Source: Kondoa subrosea
Lineage: Eukaryota
DNA length: 64,000 nt
Direction of reading: 5' to 3'
Assembly (NCBI GenBank): GCA_039545335.1
Contig: BCIN01000001.1
Coordinates: 4,129,347 to 4,193,346, forward strand
The notes under the pieces were generated by a model. The model saw only the letters and a program-made list of their open reading frames with translations, was not told where the DNA came from and did no database searches. How positions within the stretch are numbered: the first letter of the stretch is position 1; the number at the start of each line of letters is the position of its first letter. The translations under genes were made by a program, and so were the position numbers. Of this stretch, positions 38,150-50,976 are shown in pieces.

Positions 38150-38316
38150 GTAAAGAGGGAACCGGGGAATGCATGACAATGGACAATGTGGAATATCTGA
38201 ACAATAAATTGATACCAAGGGCAGCAGAGCTCTGGGAGCTAGCAGTAGGGAAGAACGATATTCGGAGTGGTTCCATATTTCTACAAAATCTGAACGAAAA
38301 CATAGGATTCAAGATG

Positions 38317-39674
38317 CTACTGCACTCTTGCATTGACTGGTCCGAGCAGTTCTCTCACATAATTCATCATTTGCAATCGCTATAAACAGTCAGTCAACGA
38401 CATTAATGAAGGTATTAGTAGAACAATAGCTCACGCTATGCGGTCCTCCATTACTGCCTATTCGATCTGACATTCTTGTATCCCTTTCGTTCCCTTGGCC
38501 GCCCGATACCAAACGATAAACACTCTTCCAGCCTTTAGCTCCGTTGCTTTCTGTCAAATAAGGGCAAAACGGTCGATGAGCCAACAAAGGATCAAAAGTC
38601 TTGCGACTGTCTTTCGATGCACCAGACAGCGCGACTTGACGTTGACAAAGATGACATTGCATTACTGGACTTCGAGGTTGTTTCGTATTGGAAGAAGTAG
38701 TAGAGGAAGAAAGAGATGATGTAGTTTGCGAAGGTTGCCAACCCATCAAAGCCAAGAGTAGTGCGAGGTTGGAGAAAGCTGGTTCAGATGGAATATGAGA
38801 TTGATCGACGGGTGTTGTCGAGCGCGATATTATTCGAGCTTGATTTCTAGCAAGAAGGGAAGCTAAACTATTCCGTAAGGGAGAGAAGTCCAGTGAAGCG
38901 AGTTGCTCATTGAAAGGAGGTGTAAGATCAGATAGAGGCAGACCCTGCATTGCTGAGAGGCGATCTGATATTTGGCCGATGAGAATCGAGGAAGAAGTAG
39001 GTAGTTTCATCAGCGTTTCTAGGCTGTTGTTAGCTTTTAAGACCCTACTTACGGATAGAAACACACCTGAACATTGTCGCGTTCGCCATGGACAGCCAGC
39101 CCGATGCTCTTGCACGAATTTGGCTTGGATGTCATCCAATCTATCCCTTGACTTCCAGCTCGCAGCGGCTCCCTCTACTTTCCATACCGCTTTGCAAGCT
39201 TCACAACTGAGCCTTTCTCTCTCTCCTTGCCTCATATTACTCCAGCCATGCCTAGCAGCTGCTAACGCATCGATTGCTCGAGGTTTATCTGAGTAAGTAG
39301 CGATCTTGAAAGTGGCCAGACGTTTTTGCAGCATAGGTAAAGAAGTAGGATCTACTGTAGCTGTATCTGGTCTAGGGAATGTAGGCGTTTTCGATTGCTC
39401 CTGTTCAGCTTCCAGACCTAGAAGTCGCATTATAGCTGGAGTTGACTCTCTGATAGGCTGCCGCCTGTTTATATCTTTAGATGAATACCATGCAGAGAGA
39501 TATAGCTTGCCTTCGCGCTGAAGAACGAGGTTTCGGCTGCTCTTGAGTTGCGTTTGAAGGTAATTTGAGAAGTCCGTCGAGGATATTGACTGTCTCGTCT
39601 ACGCGGCGTAGAGTAAGATGACTATAGCTCTGGGGGATATCCTCCGGGTCGAGATCCATAGCAGACGCAGACAT
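38317..39674 (-). CDS. C3HC zinc-finger protein (NIPA/Pml39/Rsm1-like)
   Basis: LQKRLATFK...AARHGW...CEAC...HRAGCPW, LLLALMGW and CHLCQR...HRPFCPY. Confidence 0.85.
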
Positions 39675-39836
39675 GACTGATTGCGAACAATCATGACATT
39701 TCGAAATTCACTCTAAGACTGCTTAGTTGTGGAAAGGTGCGACTCGCTATAAGGATCGCGTCACTTCATTCAATCGAATCGCTAATCAGTAGCGCTACAA
39801 TATCTGACATGCTTTGAATTGCTGTGTATCTCATAG

Positions 39837-41487
39837 CTACAACTTGCTGTTTTGTTCCTGCTTGATCTCGATGACCAATTTACCGAATTGTGATCCCTTG
39901 TTCATAGTCTCGAACGCCTCCTCAGCAGATTCCAGCCCTTGGAAGACTTGATGAACAATCGGTTTGATCTTGTGTTGATCAATAAATTGAACAGCAGATT
40001 TGAACTCTTCGAATGAACCCATAGTCGATCCTTTTAGATTGTGATTCCGTAAGACGTTGCCCATATTCATTTCGAAGTTTTTTCCAGTTGTTGACCCAAA
40101 ATGAACAAGGTTCCCACCATCTTTGAGCAAGCGAACAATTTGAATTGCTATTGGTCCTCCTCCGGAATCGATGACTGCATCTAGCTGACCGCCTTTCAGC
40201 TGTTCGGCAAGTTGTTTTGGCCAAGCGTCTGTGAAAAGTAGGGTTTAAGCTAAATTCCCTGATCTCAAAATCGACTTACCGTCTTTGTAAATTACACCAC
40301 CTTTGGCACCCATCTTGACCGCTCTATCTATTTTGTCTTGACTTCCGGAAGTTACCCAAGTATTCGCACCTGCATTGATCATGGCGAGTTAGCAGAGCAA
40401 ACACTACAATTAGCGTCATCTGCTGACCTGCTGCCACTGCGTATTGTAGAGCTTGAATAGCTACACCTCCTCCAATACCTGAATCATAGCAGAGTTAAGC
40501 TTGGCATTGTCAGATACGAAAAGTATTGCTGACCTGTGATCAGGACATTCTGCCCCTTCTTGACTTCACCCTTCGTAAACAGAGCCCTGGGCAATTTATG
40601 AGCCCAGAATAGCAATAATCTGCAATACTCACCTATAGGCAGTCAATCCAGCTAAAGGGAAAGCAGCCGCGCTAGCTAAACCATCACTCCCGTTCAAATG
40701 AGCAGGGCATTCAACAACTTGATCTGCTTTCTGAGCAATATATTCCGCGAACGTTCCTCGACCGAATGTAGTCTTCTGACTTCCTAAGATACCGTATGCT
40801 TTGCCTTCGTCTGGTCCAAGAGGGTCGGATTGCCAGTAAGCTCCTGGAGCGATCAGGACTCTGCTCATTTGTTGAGTAGAGCTCATTAGAAGGAAGAAAT
40901 ACTGACGTCTTGCCGTGAAGAGGATGCGAAGAAGGTGCAACGACTTGACCAACACCGTCGGCTCTGTCCCACATTCAGCGAGCGCATTGATAGAGAACTG
41001 GAGCATTACCCCATGATACTAGCTGTTTGACACGATCAGCTTAGCAATAGGAAGGAATTCGCGAGCGAGAGACTTACAGAATTCTATGCCTCCACTGTTC
41101 GAAGTCAATAAGCTCCTGTAATCTTCATCCAGTCTGGAACGTACTAAAGACCTGGACCGAGCTGTTACATCAAGTCTGATCTCTTCCTGCAATACAGGCT
41201 TACCTTGGCGAATGAACAGATCTCTATCGGATCACGTCAGCAGTGCACTGAAGCCAAAGGTCTTCGAGCGGACCTGTGATTCAAAGCTGCAGCTTGCAGT
41301 TTGATCAGCTGCAGCGAATTGTGAGCCTTAGCGCTGCGACTCCATGTGAATGATGACAAACTATTTCTCCATCTTGAAGTTTAGGCGTTTCCACAGTCTT
41401 TACTGAGGCTGGATAATACACTTGACCAGGTTTGCCTTCAGTCTTTTCGCCTAGCACAAACGCTTTCATGCTTTGAGGTGTAGACAT
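39837..41487 (-). CDS. MDR-family NAD(P)-dependent oxidoreductase (zinc-type ADH/quinone reductase-like)
   Basis: KLQAAALNH, GTFAEY, AAAFPLAGLTAYR, VLITGIGGGVA, DAVIDSGGG, LKGSTMGS and QFGKLVI. Confidence 0.9.
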
Positions 41488-41669
41488 GGCTGTTGCTGAC
41501 AAGCCGGGGTAAAGTGAAAGCAGGGACACGAACTCAAGAATACTGCGTGCAGAATAGTGTGCGCGTCTAACTAACTGTACAGCACGACCACGGAAGGTGT
41601 AGTATAGGTATAGACAGTCAATGCCGGCCCCTGTTTCATTACATACGCAATACTTGTCTCGCGCGTCAC

Positions 41670-43173
41670 TCAATCCTGCTGCTCTCCAAAAGATCTGTAG
41701 TTCTCTGATAATTGACCGAGGTTAAACAGCCTCAAAGCTCCTGCAGGATCTAAGTCCAAATGATAGGCCATTGCTCGTCTTTGAAGATCGTCCAGTTCTT
41801 GCAGGAGCGAGCTTCTGAACTCAATACCCTGCTTTCGGCATTGATCTTGCACCTCTTTACACGCAGATCGATATGTGCCGATAAGATGATAGAAGAATTC
41901 GAAAGGCGCGCTTCGGTAATCAGCGGTTGTGATTTTGAGAGTCTTCGCCAATAATTCGAGATTAGGGTAATAATCGAAGCGCTTCAGATTCGGTAGCTTC
42001 TTGCCATCGAAGAGGTACTGCAGATGTTTCGGTCCGTTCATTTCATGTTGAATATTCCAATGCAGGTTGATTCCTTCAATTGATAAGCGTCGGAGACTGG
42101 GACTTAAGTGTGAAAAATCGTTTGACGCAATTTTTATCCCAAAGATATAGAGTACTTCGAGAAGCGGCATGCAACTGAAGAGTGGTGGACGCTGACAACA
42201 CCATGAATCGGATTTGACGAGAGGACAAGCGAGCTGTTTTCGCATCGAAGCCGCAGATCCACAAGATGGGCGCCGCGCAGTGAGAAAAGAGGCACCATCC
42301 ATGATTGCCAGTCCGTATACATGATCAAATCTAATTTTGACAATTGCATAGGTGGTAGATGGTGTATTTCTTGTGAACAAAGATCTTCATCCCAGAAAGT
42401 ACGGTACAATCGGAATGATTGCAGGATTCTTCGCTTGAGAGCACTTTCAGCTTGCCCTTCCAATGTCTTCTTCTTTCGACAAACAACCAATTCATCCCCA
42501 CTTGCAATTTGCACAAAAGTTTCAGTCACATCTTCACTATGCATCCTATTGTCTATCGAAAGATTTTTGAAATTGAGGCATGTAGCCTGACAAGCTGAAA
42601 TAAGGGTTGCAAGACAAGAAGTGCTTGTAGAGAGGAAAGGGCTGGCGAGGTGGAGATTCCGGATCTTCAGTGTTTCGTTCATTGACAACAATACTCGAGC
42701 CATATGTCGCAAAGAAAGACCCGCGACATGTAGTGATACCAGATCAGGCGCCTGACTTATCAACCGCGCCAAAGTTGCAGTCCAGGACGGCGAAGATTCG
42801 TTGCGCAGTTGGAATTCAGGATAGCTGAATTCATCTTGCTCGAAAGTATAGCTGAGCTGACCGCACGAGTTGCCAACTCTCGCAGGAGATGGCGGATACG
42901 CAAAGAGCTCCAACATTGGATGATGTTTGGAAGGTGCGAACAGCTCCAGGGACGAGAGGGAAGGTAAATATACTGCAGAATAGAGGCATCGTCGCCTATG
43001 GACTAATGAGCTAGACTGCAAAGCTAGAGATGACAGGACACGGACGCTACAGGCAAAAGATCCCGGCAGACTGAACTCAATGAACACAACGTCTGCTTGC
43101 GCTCTACGACTGTAGCGTCTCTGCGCAGTGATTCGAGAATGCTCCACTGAACGTCAAATGGCAAATTAAGCAT
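41670..43173 (-). pseudogene. F-box-like/LRR-like protein, paralogue of 45192-46775, with an apparent 1-nt frameshift near 42185
   Basis: MLNLPFDVQWSIL...LCSLSSVCRDLLPVA|RRCLYSAVYL aligns with the paralogue at the same intron position. Homology switches from ORF 42134-43147 to ORF 41670-42380 without a good intron. Confidence 0.6.
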
Positions 43174-43340
43174 CGCAAGAGGTAGTTCGAAACAAGAATA
43201 TTCAGCGAATGTGACGGTACGAGAAGTGACACAGGCTTATATCGTCCATGACCCGTGATGAGGTGCTCTATCAGCAGCATATATACTAACGCCTTGCGAT
43301 TGTAATCGCCTTCATCTACAATCAATCCAATCGCTGCAAG

Positions 43341-44799
43341 TCACCATTTGTCAAGATCCATTACTACACCATACTCTTCAGCTTCCCGCCAAAACCGTTT
43401 AATTACCTCCTCGATGTCAGCAGCTTCTTCAATACCATCAGGTCCCTTATAAGAAAATGGTGCCAATTCGACAACCCCGTTGCATATCACAAAATACGCT
43501 AATTCCGTGCGCCTCACCTGATTGTAAAGTAACAATTTCAATTCAAATCGTAGCAGAGGGTGATTAAGGGAGAGTCCAGTAATTTCCGTATAAAGAGGAA
43601 GATGAAGACTGGCCCGATTATGGGATGATTCGAAGCATTTGAACAGCCGAAGCTGCGGGAAAACAGAAGGAGAGAACAGTGTAGCCCAATCTTGACGGCT
43701 TGCGGTGAATATGCAGCTTTGCATAGTGATGGTCCGTAAGATTGTGCTTGCGGGTAGGCTTGCTAGAGTCGGTACCAATGTAGAGGAGATGGAACCTGTC
43801 AGATCCAACGTGAGGACTGCAAACTTCACCAGGTTTGGAAAATAGTGGCCGTATTGAGAGAGACGGGCGATACTGTGGCTGCCAAGCTCGCCATAACCTG
43901 GATTCGGACGTCTTATACAAAGCTCGAGAGTCGTCGAGAGAGCTGAACAAGATTGTTGTATGAAGGGGGAGTTTTCGCTGCAAACAAGATGCGTTATCCG
44001 AAATCCCATATCCGAAGTCATGCACCGCAAGAAGTCTTGAGGAGTGAGCAACTCCGCGTACTGAAAAGAACCGCCGGTAGACCGTTCGAAATTAATGGTT
44101 TCCAAGACGACTACAACTGACTTGAGACCAAGCTTCGTAAGAACTAGTCTGGACCCACAGTCCGCTCGGACGCTAGTCACATTGGGACACATGTCGAGTA
44201 GCGTCATGAAACAGTAAGCTCTATTCCTCCAGCCCGTTCGTACGTAGAAATATAATTGGGTGAGCGTTAGACAAGGTCGTGATGATGTGCGAAGAAGCCG
44301 TTGAATCGTCAATGGGAAGGCTGGTGTTTGTACATCTTGCTCCCAGTGCCAATTACAATACAGTTCCAAGGAGACCAAGTTGGGGAACAGAGCCACTCTA
44401 GCAGCCAGAGCCTTCAAATTGGCAGCAAAGACAACATCCGACTTCTCCTCTGCGACCCCTTCGTGATTTACACCTAATACGTCATCGGAAGCATCCTTCT
44501 CTGGATAACATCGCCAACCTGCGAAGCGTACAAGTGATGCAAGATACGCATTTCTGCGAAGGGTTTCCAGCTTCTTTCGTTCACGACGGATTGTGAACAT
44601 CATGTTGCTCTCACAGCTCTCATACAGAAAGGCTACTGCTGCATGATAGAGTCTTTCGTTCGCTAAAGAAAGTCGAGCCAAGCTTCTCAAATCCTGGTCC
44701 TCCGCCAATATCTTGCAGATAGGATGCACCAGTTCATTGGGCAACTTGTCCTGTAGTTGGCTCAGTAAGGATACGTCTGCTACAGAGCGAGCTGACCAT
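43341..44799 (-). CDS. F-box-like/LRR-like protein
   Basis: ATG-only first exon (44797-44799), GTCAGC...CAG intron, then DKLPNELVHPICKIL...LARLSLANERLYHAAVAFLY and FPNLVSLEL / CPNVTSV / FPNLVKF repeats. Confidence 0.75.
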
Positions 44800-45191
44800 T
44801 TTGTCTAAGCTCGAGCAGAATTCTGAATTTTGGACTCTTGAAGGCTCTAAATCACGGAAGAAGATCTTGCGCCAATCCCAGAGGTATGCAGTTGTTCCAG
44901 GGTATACGAAGGCTAAGTAGTCTCGAATTTGTAGTCTTGCATCGTCGTTTCAGCTCGAGGGCGGAATCCCCTTAGGACCAAGAGGTCATGCCTATAGCGT
45001 GACGTGTCGCGAGAATGTAATAAGAAGTAATGCAAGGCAAGATACTCCCGCGCTGATCTTACGTTCGCCCGATCTCTATTAGATACACAACACAGTGTTT
45101 AAGCATGACTTCTTGCATTATGGTTGTCGTCAGGTAGCCTTACTTTAAGCACAGACTTCCAGCACTTCTTACCACTTGCGAAACATCTCAC

Positions 45192-46775
45192 TCAATACCA
45201 GTCGTCCTCAAAACCAGGAGGCATCATCTCCTCCATCGATTCGGCAAATCCAATCGGATCCACCATGATCTGCTCATCAATCGCCTCCATATGCAGTTCC
45301 CTAAGTTCTTTGCCTAGATCACTATTCAATCTGATGCCTTCTTTCTCACATTGAGCTTTCAAAGAATCGAATTGATCCAGGTATTCGAAAATCATCAGAT
45401 ACATCCACTCGAAGGGTGTTTCTTTAAAGTGTTCTTTAGTATAGTCCAAGTGACCACGAAGAGAGTAAAGAGCTGGGTGATAGGTGAATTGCTGGAAATT
45501 AGGTAAAGAGCTTTTGTTGAGAAAAGGCATAATGAGCTGCGGTGTATTGAGTACATTTTGGAAATCCCAGTGAAGATCCATGGCTTCCATGCGAAGATGA
45601 CGTAAAGTAGAAGGGAGATACTGAAGATCCGAAGCTGCCATTTTGACCGCGAATAAAGAAAGGTTTTCTAGCTGAGGCATAGCCGACAAAAGTGTTCCAA
45701 GATTGGCAAGCTCTTCCCGCGGTTTTTGAAAACCAAAATCTGGCTCGCTCCATGTGTCTAGCCTGAAGTCCAAAAGGAACTTGCCAAGACGAGCGAATAA
45801 AGGGTTCATCCAACTCGCTTCCCAATCTTCGTAGAATTGTAGATGAAGATTAGTCAGATGCATAGGTGGTAAAATGCGGATCTCAGGAATCAAGAGTTCC
45901 CGAATGTAGGTAATTCGGCGCAAATGGAAAGATTCTGGCATAGAACCGCTCCGGCCGTATTTTACCTGGCTCAATTCGTCCTCAATTTCTGCCACAACTG
46001 CGTCTGAGTGCCAATCATCCATAGCATCCAATTCCTCTTCGGTCATCAATTCCTGTTCGGTGAAGTACTCTTTTACAAGTTCTCCAAGCTGGCTATCGTT
46101 TAGAGAAAAGCTGACCAAGTCAGGGCAAAACTTGCGGACAGCCAAGATAATCCTACCAGCATTAGAGGCGATAGATATTTGGAAAGGGTCAGAGATGTGC
46201 AAATGCCTTATTGCGAGTTGACTGGTCGTTTTCTCGGACAAAGATTGGAAAAGGCGAACGATTGCGGCTTTCGATTGGCCAGCGATATAGAGAGAACCCA
46301 ATTTGGGTAGGCGCATAATTAGATTGCTGAGGGGATCAATCCAATCTGTTTCAATTGCGGGACAGATTTCCACACCTCGGTAGATGAATTGTTTGGCTTC
46401 ACAGTCGTATTTGATTCTCTTGCTGACTAGAATAGGCACACCAGCTCCATCTTGATCATCCACATCGTCGTCCACCCAAGCAGATACCGTCACGGGAGGA
46501 TACACGAAGAGCGACGTAGTCTCAACGTCAGGGTGAGGGGAGAAAGCAGTCAAAGAGAAGAAAGAAGATAAATAAACCTCAGAATAGAGATAGGATTGAC
46601 TGCACGCGGTCATCAGATGCGCCGACCAAAGCATCAAGCTGGCTCACGCTAAGTGTGACAAATCTTTGCAGACGAGGCATAATGCATACAGAGTGCTCTG
46701 TCGCTGTTTTGTGGTGCTGCTTGCGCAGAGGGTATCAAACATTAGCCTCTGGACATCGTAAGGGAGGCTCAACAT
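45192..46775 (-). CDS. F-box-like/LRR-like protein
   Basis: MLSLPYDVQRLMF...LYALCLVCKDLSHLA|QSYLYSEVYL, then LPKLGSLYI, CPDLVSFSL and MPQLENLSL repeats. The start may extend upstream. Confidence 0.75.
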
Positions 46776-47101
46776 GGTTTGAGGACAAGCTACGTGCTTC
46801 TCACAAATACCGCGATAATGTTCATGTCCGGATGCTCCCTCGCCAGCCTAGTAAGCTGAAGCTGTCTTCCTCTGACGCTCCAAATCCCAGAGTCCTCTGT
46901 TTGGCTTGGATTGCTGTATCGTTTTGGACAGGCGCCGAAGTTTCTGGACTTGCTTAAGCTTCAGGCTAGAAGCTGGACACATCGGCACTATGGCAGCAGT
47001 GTATTTGTGTCCCAGTCCGTGAATCTATTTCATAATCTTTGCTGTTCTTCAGCCTACTCGATTCAGCATTTTCTGCAAACGTGCTATTCGATTGTATGAA
47101 T

Positions 47102-47664
47102 CTATATGCCCAGCTTCTTTACGACTCCTTTTGCCGCTCTACTAGCATCCTTGCCTTGTCGCCCAGCATCTACAACTACCGCACCCACATATGCCTCGAG
47201 AGTGGTCGCTCGAGCTGTCTTGCCAGCCTTCCCCTCGACTAGATGCTTATATTTGGCCAATTCACTCAGCCAAGCATTATTGACCCGCTCAGCCAGTTTA
47301 GCTGCTGCGGTTCCTGTCATCTCTGATTGTCGGCTTAGAACACGGCTTTTCGTTGTCACAACCTACCACAGTCTGAGTCTTTCTTATATTGCTGGCTCAG
47401 GATCTCAAGATCTATAGCAGCGTCTCCTACTTGACTGGTGAATTATTGCTGTTTTAAAAGATGGCACAACTCACCGACTAGAGCCAATTTCCTGTTTTCT
47501 GGATAGGTCTTGGCCTCCTTGATCAAATCATCATCCTTGATATCATATCCTAGTACTTCCAATACAGTGCTCTTGGCCTTCGACTGAATGAGACGGTGTT
47601 GAACTTTGGCTAGAACGGGTCTCCACTTGCACCGGTTGATAGCGATTCTATGAAGGTTCTGCAT
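47102..47664 (-). CDS. Small stand-alone RNase III-domain protein (Mini-III-like), 3 exons
   Basis: Spliced NRKLALVG|DAAIDL ... VNNAWLSELA ... ATTLEAYVGAVVVD. No dsRBD. Basic N-terminal extension. Confidence 0.78.
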
Positions 47665-48003
47665 GTCTACTGGTCAAGAACTAGTTTTGTGATCGATTTC
47701 CCAAGAAACGACACCTTCCTCGTGACTTAACAATCTTTTGCTGCGGCCAAATGATTCTACGAGCGGCACGTTTTTGCATCCGATTTCAAGTCCATATTGC
47801 CTCCAATAGCTCTATATCTGGCTCTTCAATATATACCCTGACTACCGCAAACGGATGCTCCCCTCTGCTCTGGCATCCTGCACCGATAATTGGACCCACT
47901 GACCAGGCTAGTCTGGAAATCGCTGACTAGACAAGTACAGCAGATACAGCGGGATGTAGCTGAAGACTAGCTGAAGTAGAATGTATTATGAAGTCATACC
48001 GCT

Positions 48004-49999
48004 TTGTTGTTTTCGAGTTCTTTGTTTGCGCACGGCGACCTATTTTGCGCTTTCCTTTCGCCTGAGCCGTCCTTGCAAGTACACAGCCAAGGCAAATCTC
48101 CCCAATCATCCAAATTTCACTGCTACGCGCTCATCCCGAAGCCAAAACAACAAGAAATCATGCAGAAGCTGAATGTTGCATTTCAACAGGAAGCAGGCGG
48201 ACCTTTCTCCCTTCTCACACTTAAAGGCTTTGATGAGGACGCAAACATTGTCGAAATCAAAGAACTCATTGCAGACAAACTGAAAGAGAATAAATGCATG
48301 CCATCCAATGTCCCCATCAACTCTTTGCAATTGCTCGTTTTGGATCCTCCTCTGGCTCTCAAAGAAGATATCAATAAGTGGACCGCAAAGCAAATCAAGA
48401 ACAAGCGGACTGCTGCTGGTAAAACCGATGAGAGCGCTATCTTGACAGGTGTGCCTTGTTGCAAGCGAGATACGCAGCATCTGATGCCGTGCACAGATCT
48501 CTTTCCTAATGGCGCTGATCGAGTCAAGGTGCAAATGGTCTGCTTCAAACCTCTCGATGGTACAACCGCTGTCGCTTTACCTACTTCTGAGGTTAATATT
48601 GAAGAACCTGCTGCAGGTATGTTGCCATGTGCGCGCTGTAATGCATTTCTGATAATCGAGTAGTGAGCAAAACTAGCGCTCGTCGAAGTAGTCGAAGAAC
48701 AGTACAGGAAGACGACGAAGATATTCCTGTTCCAACTCTCGACAGCATCGATGACATGTTTCCGGATGCCTCGCACTCTGAAGAAGAAGTTAAAGCAGTC
48801 ATTGTCGCGCCGAAGGAACCTCGTACTTCAGGTCGCAACAAGCGCAAAGCCGAACCTGAACCTGAAGAAAAATCTTCAAAGACCAAAGGCAAAAAAGCAA
48901 AGAAGGAGAAAGAGTATAGATTTGGGCAAGCAGCAGATCTCGAATACAAGACGGGAAAGAGATGTCCCTGTGCTTCGGATCTCACAGTCCTTAGTCAGAA
49001 GGAGGAAGCCAAAATCAGGACCGATACCGCAATCAAACATTGGTGGCTTGTCACTCATTTCGAAAAAGAGGAAGATCTTCCTTCTGGAGAGCAGCTTGAC
49101 AATTGGGCATTCATTCCTACATTGCTTGAATTCACTTTGGCTGGTTGTGAAAACTTGAACGATCAGGTAAGCATGTCTTCTCAAGGGTACAACAATAGAT
49201 GCATTGACTCCCTTTGCTGATCAGAAAACTGGTGCTACCGCTTTACCTACATTGGGAAAACACCTTGACTTCTTGCGACTGCTATACGAGAAAGCTCGCA
49301 AACTACAAGCGCTTACTCTCAACTACTTCCAATCCGACATCAGACATCCTTTACCCGATTGCACTCGTCAACTTCAACATTTGACTATTAGACACTCGTC
49401 TATCAATCAGTCTGATCTCGCTCAACTTCTCAAATCTTCAGCTTATTCCATTCGCACTCTCAGTCTCAGTCTTTACCATCCTTACCTTGATGGAGTTGCT
49501 TTGGCTACTATCCTCAAACAACTACCTTACCTGACCGAGCTCTGTTTGGAATGTTTCAAAGAGGAAGATAACGACCGATTCATCAAAACGGGTTGTGCGG
49601 CTATTCTGAAAGATTGTGCAGCTTTAAATCGATTGTCCATCTTATTCTCTGGTAAAACTCACATTCCACCTAGTGTTGCCGAAACTATCTTGAAAGCACC
49701 AAAGAAAGTCAGAGAAAGTTTGACTAGATTGGATTTCACTACTATTGGGTTACAAGGTGCTGGAGCTGGCAATTGGGAGAAGTTGATTGAGGATGAGAAG
49801 AACTTGCCGAATTTGGCGGTCGTCTCTACCCCTTCTTTCAAGTTGAAATCGGCAAAGAAGTTGAAGGCTGCTTGCAGAAAGAGGATGATTGAGATCATTG
49901 AAGCTGAAGTGAGTTTCCCTCCTTTGTATAGCTACTACTTGATGTTCATCAAATCCGTAGGCGTATGAGAACTCTGTTGGGGGACGCTATGTCGGCTGA
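48004..49999 (+). CDS. Protein with Crinkler-header-like (ubiquitin-like) N-terminus, charged linker and LRR-like C-terminus; start uncertain
   Basis: ORFs 48004-48663, 48663-49220 and 49204-49968 join via introns (~48617-48663, ~49167-49224). FDEDANIVEIKELI...PINSLQLLVL...DLFP...KVQMVCFKP, then LQHLTI, LPYLTELCL and LPNLAVV repeats. Confidence 0.65.
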
Positions 50000-50129
50000 A
50001 ACAGGCTATCTTCATCCGTCATGTCTCTCTCATTTTGTAATTCGTATGATAAGGGTATGTAACACTTTGTAATACTTCAAATCATCATGATCTTCTGTCT
50101 CTTCTTCTCTGATGTCGCATTCGAGTGGT

Positions 50130-50780
50130 ATAACACCACTACAGCTGAGAGCGTGAAGAAGAAAGAGAAAATCGCTTTAAGTTTATGATAGGACATGCGA
50201 GAACAGCCTATTTGTACATGAAGCTAACTGATTCTAATGATGCAGAGCCGAACCACAACGGCAGTCCGCTGAACAAGAAATCAGCCTATGAAAAAGCAGA
50301 CAATGGGAAGAGACAAACTTCTGGCTTCTTGATGATGTTCTGAAACTGTATGACAAGCAGCTTTGATTGTCATCGTTCTTTTGTGTTCGTCTATGAGTAT
50401 AACATTGATGGGCTGATGACCAGCAGCCGTTCCGGCAGCCCCAGCGGTGACATAGTATGAATTTCGAAACATCTGTTCTCTTGTATTGTATATACGCGTA
50501 GCTGTCCACCCTTCAGGAGATACAGCTTGAGAAAAGCTATTTGTAGATTTGCGTAGAGGTCTGATCCAAATCTCGTTGTTACTGCCCAAACAGTAGACGA
50601 AATGCGGAATGCAGGCGAGTCGTTGAGCAGCCTATAAGGTAGACAGGATATGAGAAGATCGCTTTCTGACTGAGCACGACACGTACGAATCCTTCCCAGC
50701 CTGATTGTTCGTACTCAACCGCCTGTTTATGGCTTGCAAGAGCGATGTTTAAGCTATAGGGGTGGAAAGACATATGGAGA
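50130..50780 (-). CDS. Possible small multi-exon hypothetical gene
   Basis: ORF pieces 50281-50589 and 50579-50866 with plausible GT/AG sites. No recognisable motif. Confidence 0.25.
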
Positions 50781-50976
50781 AAATAGGTAGCAGAGGTTCT
50801 GACTATAAATAAGAGCAAGGAAGACGGTCGACCAGAAAGACAAGAGAGAGAGAGAGACAAGACCATCCGGACTTATCAAATTCGGGCGATACAAACCTCG
50901 CCGAATGCTTTCCCGTGGATATACAGGCAATGAAGGCAACAGTCATTCAAGCAAAGAACAGATACATGACAGTCGT

